NCBI GenBank assembly: GCA_951406725.2
Contig: OX597822.1
Location: 54,436,001-54,500,000 of the forward strand
Source of the DNA: Octopus vulgaris
Taxonomy: Eukaryota
Direction: 5' to 3'
DNA length: 64,000 bases
Each line of letters begins with the position of its first letter. Position 1 is the first letter of the stretch. Of this stretch, positions 12,698 through 26,708 are shown piece after piece. The notes beneath the pieces were generated by a model. It was not told the DNA's origin, did not search any database, and worked only from the letters and a program-made list of their open reading frames with translations. The position numbers and the translations under genes were made by a program.

Positions 12698-12765
12698 ATA
12701 GGGTTACCCTGGGTTTCTCGCCATAAAGAGAAAGAGTATATTTATGGCGTATCATCAGACCCTAT
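12698..12765 (-). ncRNA. Type I hammerhead ribozyme, intact
   Basis: AUAGGGU-CUGAUGA-UACGCCAUAAA...UUUAUGGCGA-GAAA-CCCAGGG-UA-ACCCUAU; 7-bp helix I; AATAAA ~20 nt downstream. Confidence 0.85.
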
Positions 12766-13534
12766 GACTTGTTGGCCTATGGTCTCTTTAAAGTATGGAG
12801 GGGAAATGAACCAGATATAAAGAACGGGGAGTTATCTCCCTCTTCTGGTAGTCATCGGCTGGTCATTGGCTTCAAGCTATGTCGTCTTCTTTCGGCTACG
12901 CCATCTGTCGGCTGTGAGGTTAGAAGGTAGTGGGTTATTTCCCATTCTCGTCAATCAATTTCCAGCCGTGGTGTAAATATTATCGCTAATACTGCTATTA
13001 TCGTTAATATGTGGTGCCCAAAACGCTACTTGGAGTTGCCTAGTCGACTAGTATATCCTTAGTTATGGCCAGTCAGAAAAGTTACCATTTTTTTCACGTC
13101 TACTCTTGCACTTGGCAGTGGAGGCTACTCAACTAGCCTTCTGATAAAATCACATAGCCTCTTTACTCATGCAGATAAAATAAAATCTTAGCGTGTTTAA
13201 AATAATAAAATAAAGTCTCGAAACGTAAAAACGTAATAAAAAAACCCATTGTGAGGAACAAAGTTACCTCCCCTTGAACTCCTCCAGCTATGGCCGAAAT
13301 GTGGTCATCTATTTGTTAACTCGCATTTGAGTGTCGCATAATGTCATTTGCACAACACCTACTGAACAGTAAAGTGAAAATCGAGTACATTACATGTATA
13401 AAATCAACAGCAAATGTAATAACATCATAAGATTACGTGAAGTATTCCTACACAATTTTTTTGAATGTGCGGCTGGTCCTTTAACAGAGATTTAGAGGGA
13501 AAATATCGATCACAACTGCGAAAACCAACCATGC

Positions 13535-14320
<786 letters not shown>

Positions 14321-14559
14321 ATCTACTCACATAAACGCGCACACAAATAAAACAAAAGCACACAAATGCACACACATAGTACGGACGACTAGAGATTAAG
14401 AAAATTCCGGCGAATATTTCAGTCAGCAAGTATACCATGTAGCAAACCTGGTTATCAGAATGTCAAGGGAGATAATTCAGAATCTATATTCATTGAATCC
14501 ACAGGACGTTTATTATAGACTTTAAATCGAAGCAAATTTACTAATCAATCATTGGGTGC

Positions 14560-15150
14560 ATTTATCGCAGAGTATAATAGTAAATAGACGAATGAACGCA
14601 GATAGTATAACATAACTTTATTAAAGGTTACGGTCGTTTCAATAGCTAGTGGAGCTATTTCATCAATTTACACATTAATTTGGACATTAAAAGAAATTAT
14701 GTAAATCTATTCAATAATAAATTAATTGACCAGCGTTTGTTCATCGGAATAGAAGCAAATAATAAATTAGTGCTGACCCCTAGATAATATCGGGTCATCT
14801 CCAAATAAATCTTAAGTCAATTAGATACATTAATAAAGGATAAAAATTAGTTACATTAGTTACGAAATGAGTGATTGGCGGGTTACACAACAAATAATTC
14901 AAGCGACGGGGTAGAATTAATAAGATACGAACGTTACCATTAATATTTGTTGAATCAAGGTAAACTAGCTATGGGGATTTTTTCTTGGAAATTTTAAGAA
15001 AGTTTTATTAAGTAAGTTTGAGTAACGGATTAGTAACTCGTTATGCTCATTAATTAAACTAGACCTACATTTAAGAATTTCCAAAGCCTCTCTTCAACAC
15101 AAATTACAGCTACTATCTCGAGCCTCCAGTTGATATATTTTAACTAGATT
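14560..15150 (-). mobile_element. Penelope-like element 3' remnant
   Basis: Translates SCNLC*REALEILKCRSSLINEHNEL, resembling the PLE GIY-YIG C-terminal CxLC..E..I..LN..E pattern; followed by a decayed HHR and AATAAA. Confidence 0.5.
14626..14668 (-). ncRNA. Decayed hammerhead motif
   Basis: UUGAUGA-AAUAGCU-ccacu-AGCUAUU-GAAA-C-GACC-G-UA; C3>U; helix I lost. Confidence 0.55.
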
Positions 15151-15270
15151 AGATCTTCGAGGAAAAGGCTTCGAGCGCATGCGCTACGTATTACATTTTG
15201 TGTGCGTGTGTGTTTGTGCGTGTATGATTGTATGTGTGTGTATATGCAGGTTAGTATTATAGTGTGTGTT

Positions 15271-15342
<72 letters not shown>

Positions 15343-15396
15343 GCTAGCTAGCTATCTAGCTATCTATCTATCTATCTATCTATCTAGCTAGCTATC

Positions 15397-15457
<61 letters not shown>

Positions 15458-16502
15458 TTATCTACATACATACATCCAGCCACTCTCGTCCCCACACATG
15501 CGCACACGCAAACAAAGAGAGGAAGGAATGGTTACAAACATTAGTATACACGTATTGGACAGATAATATCAAAGTGATATAAATAAATTTATAGAGTAAA
15601 TATATATCACCATGTTACCATGGTGTATATCTATCCCATTTATTACATCCTTAAGTATCGAATCACTGTTCTATGTTCTCTCTAAAACGACAATCAAGCA
15701 GTAAAGAAGTCCGTCCTCGCACATGTAGCAACGAGTTCGTTTTATTAAAAAATTTTTCTCTCTGTCATTGATATTATATATATTTTCTTGTTATTCGTAC
15801 TACGTTTGCTTATTCTATATTGCATTTATTTTATCTCACAATTTTTACATTATTTTCTTTCATTTTTTTTTTTTTGATCTTGTCATTTTCCTTAACGTTT
15901 CTTTGTATCTGCACAATTTATTCAAATGTAAAGAAAGAAAATAAAAGAAAATAAAAAAAAAGCTGGTCTGCGTTTTTTATAAGGAGAAAAAAGCTAAACA
16001 AATATATACAAGAACGACAACACCGACTGACTAAGTGAAGAACGAAGAAACGAAGATATAATTGATATGACATTTTGATGTACGTCAAATTATCTTGCAA
16101 AACACTCCACATCAACCCACGTATATCGTAGCTGGTGATGTCGTTGTCATCGTAGACGTCATTTAACTAGCTTTGATCAAGTGAATGTAATCTTGATGAA
16201 AAAAGCATTCCACTTATGACCATCTCGTCTCTTGGAGGATGTTTTCCGTTTGAGTAGTAGAGTACTTAGTTGCTTAAAATTTTTTTCTACACAGATTAAA
16301 TTTTGTATGCTTTGTCTTATACGTTCTACTTGTTCCAGTCATCAGACTGCGGCCATGCTGGGGCATCGCTTTGAAGAATTTTTAAAGCCTGGTACTTATT
16401 CTATCGATCTATTTTGCCGAACCGCTAATTATGTGGTCGTAAACACAACAAAACCGGTTGTCAAGCGGTAGTGGATAACACACACACACACATATATATA
16501 TA

Positions 16503-17675
16503 TGACGGCCGTCCACTCGTGATTGCGGAAGACCATTGCTGACCTTTAGGAACATTGTGCTCTCTAAGACTAACTTATATTTTGTATTTTCGGCTCCGTT
16601 GGTGGCTAAAGAGCCCTGCTCTTGACAAACATACACGACTGCAAACATTGCAAACCAAACTTTCTCCATTCACTACGCTAGTAGTGCGCTTTTGAGCAGC
16701 ACGCTTAATTTCTTCATGAAGAATACATGCTCTTTCAAAAATGTCGACCCCACTCTTTAACCTACTTCCTCCATCTGTGGCAATGACAGGCATTGCTCTC
16801 CCAGTTGGTCTCCTGCATATCACAGGCATTTAATGAGGACTTGACATAGTCCTTAAATCGCTGCCTGGTTTCTGTCAGGGTCTCTTTCCACTAACAAGTT
16901 CCTCATATAGCATCTGTTTATGGATCCTGCTATCCTTCATTCTGATAAGGTGTCCAGTCCAATGTAACCGGTGCTTGTGCACCATCGCCTCAATATTCAA
17001 CATATCACAGGTGGCGATCTGGCAGAAATGTTAGCTCGCCGGGCGAAATGCTTAGCGGTATTTCGTCTGTCTTTACGTTCTGTGTTCAAATCTGCCGAGG
17101 TCGACTTTACCTTTCATCCATTCAAGGTCGATAAATTAAGTGCCAGTTGCGTAGTGGGGTCGATCTAATTGACTGGCCCCTCCCCCAAAATTTCAGGCCT
17201 TCTGCCTAGAGTAGAAATAATCAAGATATTAGCTTTCTTCAAGACCCGTGTGTCTGGAGTTTTTGATGTCTAGCCAACATTCAGAATGTGTCTCAGACAT
17301 CTCTGATGGAAGCGTTCAACGACCTTTGCATAAAGTTTGTAAAAGGGTTCATGTATCACACGAGTAAAGGAGCGATGTCAGTGCACTTGCACGGTACACG
17401 GCAATTTTTGTTCGCCTTGTGAAGCCATGTTGGAACCAAACACGAGACTCAAGAGACCGGAAGGAATCAGTTGCTCTCTGTAGCCTGAAAGATATTTCAT
17501 AATCCTGAGAACAAGAACGGCTGAGAGTGCCTTCCCAGGTGGACAACTTTGTCTACCACTTTCAGTATTGTTCCTTCAACCATGATAGCTGGTTCCACTT
17601 ATAGATTTCCCGGTGCAGCAAATCGGTGCAAATTAAAGAGGCGGCCAGAAGATCAATACCTGACATATATTCCTA
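16503..17675 (-). mobile_element. 5'-truncated RTE LINE fragment, same family as 29352-32890
   Basis: Encodes ESLVCNVCSRVCLSRAGLFSHQR and LSRSCSQDYEISFRLQRA; collinear with 29352-30470; SINE insertion and internal deletion. Confidence 0.9.
17009..17218 (+). mobile_element. SINE family B nested in the RTE fragment
   Basis: Head GGTGGCGATCTGGCAGAAATGTTAG plus Nin-like core interrupts RTE homology. Confidence 0.85.
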
Positions 17676-17699
17676 AGGTATTTTTCGATGTTGTTGTTG

Positions 17700-17760
<61 letters not shown>

Positions 17761-17762
17761 CA

Positions 17763-17838
<76 letters not shown>

Positions 17839-17840
<2 letters not shown>

Positions 17841-18679
17841 TATGTTTGACTTTTGCTTTATATTTGTACAAGTTGGCTCCAAGTCTCACCCAGAGACCTC
17901 AAGAGGCAACAGGTTGGATGTTCATGTTGTTGTTATGCCTAGTGTGCCATATATTTGGGGTTTTTTTGGTGTTGTACTAGTGAATGTCAAAAAAAAAAAC
18001 GAAAATGATGTTTGTTTTAAACCCTGAGATTACATAGAAAGTATTTTGCGTAGGATATGAGCAGTTCCCATGAGCACTATCTTTTGAATTTCTGCCATTT
18101 TGGGGTTTCCTGGTATCTGAGTTAGGTGACAATCAGCCCCTTTCGCTATCATTCCCAGGGCACCTATGACAACAGGTATTGTTTTGGTTTTCAGGTTCCA
18201 CATTTTGTTGATTTCTATTTCAAGATATTTATATTTGCTCAGTTTTTGGTAGGTCTTGACAGATACGTTTATATCGATTGGGACAGTCATATCAATGAGG
18301 AGGCATGTTCTTTGTCTGAAGTCTTTCAATATGATGTCTGGCATATTTGCATCTATCTTTCTGTCAGTTTGAATGGTGAAGTTCCAGAGGAGTGAGATGT
18401 GGTCATTTTCAAGCACTGGGGTGGTTTGTGTTCCCACCAGTTTTTTTCATGGGGCAAATCCAGGTTTCTGCAAATTACCCAGTGAATATATTGTGCAGCT
18501 CTATCGTGCCTGTTGAGATACTCTGTAGGCGCTAGAAGACTTCACTTGGAGACAACATGATCAATGGTTTCATTTTGTTGTTGACATACACGACATGTTG
18601 GGCTACTGCCGTTCTTTAATATGTTGGCCTGGTAGTTTCTTGTTGGTAGGCATTGATCTTGAGCTGCTATGATAAACCC

Positions 18680-18680
<1 letters not shown>
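17839..18680 (-). mobile_element. R4/Dong-like RLE LINE 3' fragment, copy 1
   Basis: CRVC...ETIDHVVSK* zinc knuckle, RHD, PDIILKD...LLIDMTVP...KLSKY; ends in (TAA)n at 17703-17838. Confidence 0.85.
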
Positions 18681-18752
<72 letters not shown>

Positions 18753-18754
<2 letters not shown>

Positions 18755-19360
18755 TATGTTTGACTTTTGCTTTATGTCTGTACAAGTTGGCTCCAAGTCT
18801 CACCCAGAGACCTCAAGAGACAACAGGTTGGAAGTTCTGTGCCATATATTTGGGGGGGGGTTGTACTAGTGAATGTCTAATACATAAAAATAAAAAAATA
18901 AAAAAATAAATTTTTTAAAAAATTTGTTTTAAACCTTGGGATTACATAGAGAGTATTTTGCGTAGGATATGAGCAGTTCCCATGAGCACTATCTTTTGAA
19001 TTTCTGCCGTTTTGGGGTTTCCTGGTATCTGAGTTAGGTAGCAATCAGTCCCTTTCGCTATCATTCCCAGGGCACCTATGACAACAAGTATTGTTTTAGT
19101 CTTCAGCTTCCACATTTTGCTGATTTCTATTTCAAGATCTTTATATTTGCTCAGTTTTTGGTAGGTCTTGACAGATACGTTTATATCGATTGGGACAGTC
19201 ATATCAATGAGGAGGCATGTTCTTTGTCTGAAGTCTTTCAATATGATGTCTGGCCTATTTGCATCTATCTTTCTGTCAGTTTGAATGGTGAAGTTCCAGA
19301 GGAGTGAGATGTGGTCATTTTCAAGCACTGGGGGTGGTTTGTGTTTGTGTTCCCACCAGT
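18753..19360 (-). mobile_element. R4/Dong-like RLE LINE 3' fragment, copy 2
   Basis: NRPDIILKD...LLIDMTVP...KYKDL in ORF 18942-19328; near-identical to copy 1; (TAA)n at 18681-18752. Confidence 0.85.
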
Positions 19361-19919
19361 CTCTCTCTCTCTCTCTCTCTCTCTCTTCCTCTTATTTTCT
19401 CTCTCTCTTCCTCTATTTCTTTCTCTCTCTCTTCCTCTTTTTCTCTCTCTCTCTCTTCATATTTTTCTCTCTCTCTCTCGTTGTTCACACGTGACCGTTT
19501 TTCTTTTCCGCACGTGACCATCTTTCTTTTCCTGTACGAACGTTCAAAAGACTGGACGTTTTATTTCTGTCTCTTCTATCTTTTCACTTTTCAAAGAGGA
19601 TGTTTCTCCCAGCGTTCGCTGTTTTCCTCTCATTCTGGTCTAACGACCCTCCATGTTTTATTTTCGTTCGGTTTCCTTCTATGTCTCCACTGTCCTGTTT
19701 TTGTTCCCAACTCTGACCCTCCATAAATCCTAAATTTTAGTTTAGAATTTATGGGAGCAACTGTCTTTAAAGACTCATATTGCCGTTGAATGCTCGAAAT
19801 GAGGAGTAGATAGACAGCTGACAACTGATGAAGGGCCCTTTCTCTGTGTTTACTTGCCCTGTCCTGTTTTTACGCATTTTATGTTGTTTTCACAGTTGGT
19901 GATGTCCCGTATCCATATA

Positions 19920-19990
<71 letters not shown>

Positions 19991-20115
19991 GTATATATGT
20001 ATGTATATATGTATGTATATATGTATGTATGTATATATGTATGTATATATGTATGTATGTATATATGTATGTATATATGTATGTATATATATATGTATAT
20101 ATATATATATGTATA

Positions 20116-20157
<42 letters not shown>

Positions 20158-20182
20158 TACATATATACACATATGCATACAT

Positions 20183-20257
<75 letters not shown>

Positions 20258-20261
<4 letters not shown>

Positions 20262-21075
20262 CCGTCCTGTCTATCTGTCTGTTTGTGCGCAAATAATTCG
20301 AGTATTGTTCATCCAATCGCGCTGAAATTTTTAACATGGATACATGTAATCTAAAAAGATGTTCAAAATTGTGAGTTTCAAAGTGAGAAACGCTATTTTT
20401 GTAGTCTTTTTGTCCTGTTTGTTCCGTCATTAAAAGTAACGAATTTACTTAGATAGCCGGCGCATACTACTTCGCTAACAACAAAGGGAGTGCAGGATGA
20501 CAGTCAGCCCAAACCATCGCTATGCTGTCTCTCTTCTTTCCTCTTTCTGTCCCTCTTATGTCCGATTCCACTTAAAGTTGTATATATTTTGTGCTAAGAT
20601 TCGTTATCAATTATACTTATTGAGAAGAAACAGTCAAAAGTAACCACCACATACAATCACCAGACATCTCCACTACTTAACACCGTCCAAGTTAACCCTC
20701 CTTAACCTTTACAGCTGACCTGAAAAACTACGACGAAAATGCAACCATTTTAATTAAGCAAAAAAGAGAAAAAATTGATCGCTATTAAAACGCGTAAAAT
20801 TTTGGGGTTAATAATCTTAATCTTTAGTTACAGTTTCTCATTCAAACTACATAATAGGCAGAATGAAGACAGGAGGGTGTTTTGCGAGAGATTTAGCTGC
20901 TATTTCTACCTGGTCTAGCTACCATATACAGGTCTCCCCCATTGGCTCACACAGACATGTATACATGCAGATATACATAAAATCGAAATAAAATACAAAA
21001 GACACTGGAAATTTCCAACTTCTTGCCTAACGCGAGCCCAGAGCAATCTCTTATCTCTTACATTATTTCAGTAGC
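20258..21075 (+). mobile_element. Helitron-like 5' portion
   Basis: TATAATCCGTCCTGTCTATCTGTCTG start resembles 47026; 21015-21070 matches the 1342-2762 family. Confidence 0.45.
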
Positions 21076-21174
21076 GACCTATTCAAAGATAGAAACTCCG
21101 GGTAATGTGCAGTAAATTGTATAGTATAAGTAAATAAATGGAGTTGAACGCAGGTGTTATTCAAATTCTTTTTA

Positions 21175-21258
21175 TTTTGACTTATGTTTCGAAGACAATA
21201 TTGGTTTTATTCCAAAGGAACAAACAGTGTAAAATAATGTAACCTTCTAATCAAGAAA
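21175..21258 (-). ncRNA. Decayed hammerhead motif
   Basis: UUGAUUA-GAAG...CUUC-GAAA-C-AUAA-G-UC; downstream CGTTCAACTCCATTT is shared with the 2834 element. Confidence 0.5.
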
Positions 21259-21693
21259 GAAAGAGAACCTATCTCAACATCATCATCATCAACAATAACA
21301 ACAACAACCATAATAATAACAACAACATAGGACAAAGTGCAAAGGATTTTGTAACATTTGCAACTCAGAACTCTTCCATATTCTCTTCTCTAAGAATCAC
21401 CTTGTTAACACACTTATAAAGCGATCTTAGAAATGTAAGCACTGTCAGAAACATACCTTTAGCTCATATAAGTGATTTATACCAGTCTGTATAGTTTGAA
21501 CATTTAGTTCACCTTGCACTTTACTTCAATAGAGAAATCTACTTCCAAGCCTTTGAACATTTTTTCAACCAACATATAGCCCACCATTTAGAAATGTTTT
21601 GTTGTCAATGCTGCACTTTCCCATATCACCTGTTTCAATATAACTGTAATATATTATATACAAACTATGCCAGTATGTGTATGTATATGTATT

Positions 21694-21752
<59 letters not shown>

Positions 21753-21763
21753 GTATGTATTTT

Positions 21764-21812
<49 letters not shown>

Positions 21813-22236
21813 GTATACATATATGTAAGTACATATATATTTTTGTGTAGCTTCAGCTCAGAGCTGTAGCCATTCTGGAGCACCGCCGTTTTCTTATACT
21901 GTTATTACTGAGAGCCTCCTCTAATATGATGAAGAATGGAGTTTGATGTAGCTACCCTCATTTGCACCTCTTGCCGTATGGTAGGTTCATCTGGGACTCT
22001 CGGCAGGAAGAGGTCCAGTTTTGATTTCAAATCGCCTACATCCACGTTGTGCACGTTCCACAGGCTCCTTGGGAGAATATTAAAAAAATGGGTTCCTGAA
22101 ACCCAGGCTGTTGTAGCAACTGGTCCTGAAGCGCAATGGCACTGCTGGGATCTTTGTCACTATGCGGTGTCACCCCGTTCTGGCTTTGGTGTAGCTTTCA
22201 ATGCCCAAATTTTGGCACAATTCCTTGCAGGATCTT

Positions 22237-22310
<74 letters not shown>

Positions 22311-22313
<3 letters not shown>

Positions 22314-22680
22314 CGCAGGAGTGGCTGTGTGGTAAGTAGCTTGTTTACCAACCACATGGTTCCGGGTTCAGTCCCACTGCGTGGCACGTTGGGCAAGTGT
22401 CTTCTACTATAGCCTCGGGCCGACCAAAGCCTTGTGAGTGGATTTGGTAGACGGAAACTGAATGAAGCCCGTCGTATATATGTATATATATATGCGTGTT
22501 TGTGTGTCTGTGTTTGTCCCCTAGCATTGCTTGACAACCGATGCGGTTCGGCAAAAGAGACCGATAGAATAAGTACTGTGCTTACAAAAGAATAAGTCCC
22601 GGGGTCGAGTTGCTCGATTAAAGGCGGTACTCCAGCATGGCCGCAGTCAAATGACTGAAACAAGTAAAAGAGTAAAGAGT
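22311..22680 (+). mobile_element. SINE family A, full length
   Basis: tRNA-like head with A and B boxes; tail CCAGCATGGCCGCAGTCAAATGACTGAAAC. Confidence 0.9.
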
Positions 22681-22881
22681 ATATGTATGTGTGTGTGTAT
22701 GTATGTATGTATGTATGTATGTATGTATGTATGTATGTATGTATGTATGTATGTATGTATGTATGTATATATATATGTATATGTATATATGCATATGTAT
22801 ATATGTATATGTATATATGCATATGTATATATGTATATGTATATATGTATATGTATATATGTATATGTATATGTATATATG

Positions 22882-22912
<31 letters not shown>

Positions 22913-23031
22913 ATGCATATATGTATATATATATGTATATACATATGTATATATATATGTATATATATGTGTATATATATGTATATATATATGATATATA
23001 TGTACATATATGTGTATATATATGTATATAT

Positions 23032-23063
<32 letters not shown>

Positions 23064-23110
23064 CTAGTATCTCGAAATTTAATATACAATTATTCATAAT
23101 TGTAGTGTCC

Positions 23111-23197
23111 TACGCTGATGAGAAAAGAAGTTGGGTAAGATATAATTATCTAATTCTTATGCTTTCCTAAAACTTAATTTCGAAACGTACGTATATT
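23111..23197 (+). ncRNA. Hammerhead motif, core intact, helix I poor
   Basis: CUGAUGA-GAAAAGAAGUU...AACUUAAUUUC-GAAA-C-GUAC-G-UA; palindromic helix III loop. Confidence 0.6.
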
Positions 23198-23381
23198 TTT
23201 TAATAATATATCATTATTATTAATATAAGGAAATCAATATCGAATTTTTCACTAAGATATACCCATATGAAAGACTTTATGTATTAAAAATATATATAAA
23301 TAGATAAATAAATATTAAAAATCTAAATATGATGCATAAATAAGTTTGAAAGTTTAAAAGTTTTGAATTAAGTTTTTAAGC

Positions 23382-23471
23382 ATCTTGCGATCGTTTCGCA
23401 AAAGGGTTGTCCCTATAATGAAGTCCTATATTGATAAGCACTTATAGACAACCCTTCTGCTCTTCAGGGAT
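23382..23471 (-). ncRNA. Hammerhead motif with 14-bp helix II, U16.1>C
   Basis: AUCC-CUGAAGA-GCAGAAGGGUUGUC...GACAACCCUUUUGC-GAAA-C-GAUC-G-CA-AGAU. Confidence 0.7.
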
Positions 23472-23933
23472 ATAAAATATGAATATTGTATAATGCATCG
23501 AATGATATTTTTTTTAAAAATTTGAATTAAAATTGTAAAATGGTGTTTGTAGAAAAATGTTTGTAAAATAGTGTTTGTCTGAAATGTAAAATAAAAATTA
23601 TTAATTACTACTTTTGATGAGAGTCTTTAAATCCATATATATTTCCTTGGTTATTCTACTGCAATAATCCATAATATTCATACTCAAAATCCGTCATATT
23701 ATCTTGCATTTCACACGAACCTGTGTGTCACAAAGCTTTCAGCTTCGTGTGCCGCATAGCTAGCTAGAGGCGATGGCCTCTTGGAGCTAATCAACGGCGG
23801 CATTCGTCCTATATTTCTGGACTGCCATATTAGCTTGGCGATAACAATTAATATCCAGTACCGCTGACCGTAGTCTCCTTTAGAGAGACTTAGAAATTTT
23901 AATCTCTCTCTCTCTCTCTCTCTCTCGATATAT

Positions 23934-23987
<54 letters not shown>

Positions 23988-25424
23988 ATGTATAGGTGCG
24001 TGTCTGTGTGTGTGTGCGCGCATGTGTGAGAGAGCACGTGTGCGCGCATGTGTGAGAGAGCACGTGTGCGCGCGCTTAGCGCTAGTAAATTATGAATGCT
24101 ATACATTTCCTTGCAATCCAGTAATGACTTTTGCTGACATTAACCAACATTATTTTCATCAAATGTTAGAGATTAAATATTGAATTTACTCGTTGATTAG
24201 ACAAACACTTCAAATATTATCGGAAATCTTAATTGAGAAAGATGGAAACAAACAAACATTCTGTTCTTGATGGAAAATATCGATTTAAAAAAAAATATGC
24301 TGTACCATTTTTGTATGAGAAAAGAACAGATGTACTGTAAACGATAACTAAACGTTAACACCGATTGTTGATAGGTGCTATTGTTTTAGTCGGCCATGAC
24401 CAAACTGCGGCCCGTGGGACTTTACGAATGGTTAGCCAACGAAAAATTTATAGTGGTTCGGCTCACCTTATGATGAGCCATGTCTCATGTGGACCGCTTC
24501 TTGAGGTTGCTCATATCTAGTTTACGCCCACTGCCCGTGGAATGTGACTACTCGAATGCTAGAAAGTACAGCTAATTCTCACTCAAATAATACGTTACCA
24601 TCATAAAAATAAAGACGACAACACGTTTGCTAATGTAAAATGTATGATGGTATGATCAGGACTAGAATGCTCTGGCTAAAGGTCACCTCGATCAAGATAA
24701 ACCTGGGGATAAACACCATCATGGCCTTCACGGAACATATTTTACACAAACATCGAACTGAAATGTAAAATCAAATACATTCCAAGGGTGATCATCAGGT
24801 CTTTATTTACACTACTACATTACTCAATGCAGATTTGCATTTTTAAGACGGTAGCAGCGGAGTTTGGTTGATATTTCTAGCAGTCTGACTGACCTCTTTG
24901 CTAATGTATGTATAAATATACACACGTATGTATATTCTTCTTCTCTCCCTTTCACCGGTCCCCCTTCTCTCTCTCACTCTTCTTCCTTAACTCTCTCGTT
25001 GCTCACACGTGACTAACGGCCATTCATTTTTTCTTCCACTTCCGTCCTATAGACAAGACGTGCTTTTATCTGTCTCTTCTTAGAGCTCGTTTTTCCAGCG
25101 GTCACCACTTAACATCGTCTTGGCTTAACAGCCGTTTGTTTTTACTGTTTTGGTCTCCCAGTCCTGTTTTTGTTACCACTTTCTCCCTCCGCAAAAAATA
25201 CCCAATTTTTTTAACGAAGTCGCGTCTTGTTCTTACCTTCGGAACGCGGGGTAGATAAAACAGGAGACAACTGATGAAGGGAATGTTCTTTATGTTGCAT
25301 GTTTCCTTTCTCTGTTTGTTTTTTTTTTCGTTGTTCGAAAAATGTTCGTTTTCTGTTTTTGTTTTTTATGTTCTCGTTTCTCATTCTGTGCTGGGTTTTT
25401 TTATGTCTGTACCCATATATGCAT

Positions 25425-25466
<42 letters not shown>

Positions 25467-25658
25467 ATACACACACACACACATACACGCACATATATAT
25501 GTATGTATGTAATTTTGGCACAAGGCCAGCAATTTTGTGAGTAGGTGGAGTCAGTCAATTATATCGATTCTAGTGTTCCATTGCTTTTTGTTTTATGGAC
25601 CAAAAAGAGATGAAAAACAAAGATGGACTCGGCAGAATTTGAACTTAAAACGTAAATA

Positions 25659-25894
25659 CAGTAATCCGTCACCATATCGTAGTTTACCTATCGCGGTTCA
25701 CCTATCGCGGTTTATTATTTAAACTGACGTCGATTCCTTCGTGGTGTTGTTTTGCATTTATAATAAAATAAATATATACAAACTATCAAAATAAAAAAAA
25801 TATACAGTTCAGTACTGTTTTTACTTCGCGGATTTTCGCCTATTACAGGGGTGAGGTTTGGAACGTAACACCCGCAATAGTCGAGGGATTACTG
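25659..25894. mobile_element. Tc1/mariner-type MITE nested in a family B SINE
   Basis: TA|CAGTAATCC...GGATTACTG|TA; SINE pieces flank it (25513-25656 and 25897-25952). Confidence 0.75.
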
Positions 25895-26364
25895 TAATAG
25901 GAATAATTGCCGCTATGCTTTTTGTCTAAGGTGCTAACGATTTTACTCACCATGTTTATAATAATTTCAGATTTTAGCACAACGCCAGTAATTTCGGGGG
26001 AGGTGATAGGTCGATTTCATCGACCCCCAATGTTCAGCTGTTTTTTTATTTTTATCGACCCCAAAAGGATAAGAGGCAAAGTCGACCTCGGCAGAATTTG
26101 AACTCAGAACGTAAAGATCACCAACTTTATATTGCTTCAAAGTTTGGCACAAAGCCAACAATTTTAGCACAAAGCCAGCAATTCTAATGGGAGCGGGGTT
26201 AGTTGATTCCTTGCACTAGACTGATTTACCATTTAATGGACCTCGGAAGAGTGAAAGCAAAGTTGAGCGTAAAGAGTAATTGAATTTTTGCACTAACACT
26301 ATCCCGAGTTTGTGTTTCTAACATTCAATATTTTAACAATTATTTATATATATTTACATATATT

Positions 26365-26708
26365 CCTGCAGTAAGGCCTTATTTCCACACACGTCAGCGT
26401 AATCAAATTCGTCCTTAGTCGAAAGACACCTGTTGTTATGTCCTGTTATCATTTTAATTGTATTTGTGTAACATTGTCCGTTTGTTTTTCGTCCTTGTTT
26501 TTGTATACATTCGCTCCTTTCTTCCAAGGAATCTAATGCTCTTAGCTTAGTTTTTCCTTGGGGGTGGCCAGATTGGAGCAATCTCGAGTATAACCTGCCG
26601 AAATTGCAAGGATAATCTGGAAATGGACTGAGGAAAGAAAACTCCGAATGACCCGTCCTTGTTTTCTTTGTATCGTCTATCTGGATGTTTTGCGTTCTTG
26701 TCCCATTT

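Noticed and set aside
17549-17980. Poly-Ile ORF resembling a membrane protein
   Set aside because: Translation of an (ATT)n tract
22311-22385. tRNA gene
   Set aside because: SINE head continuing into a repeated body; no complete cloverleaf, and likewise for other heads
19850-23170. Long ORFs rich in YI, HT and CV repeats (up to 309 aa)
   Set aside because: Translations of (TA)n, (CA)n and (TATG)n microsatellites, which lack stops; the same applies to most track ORFs
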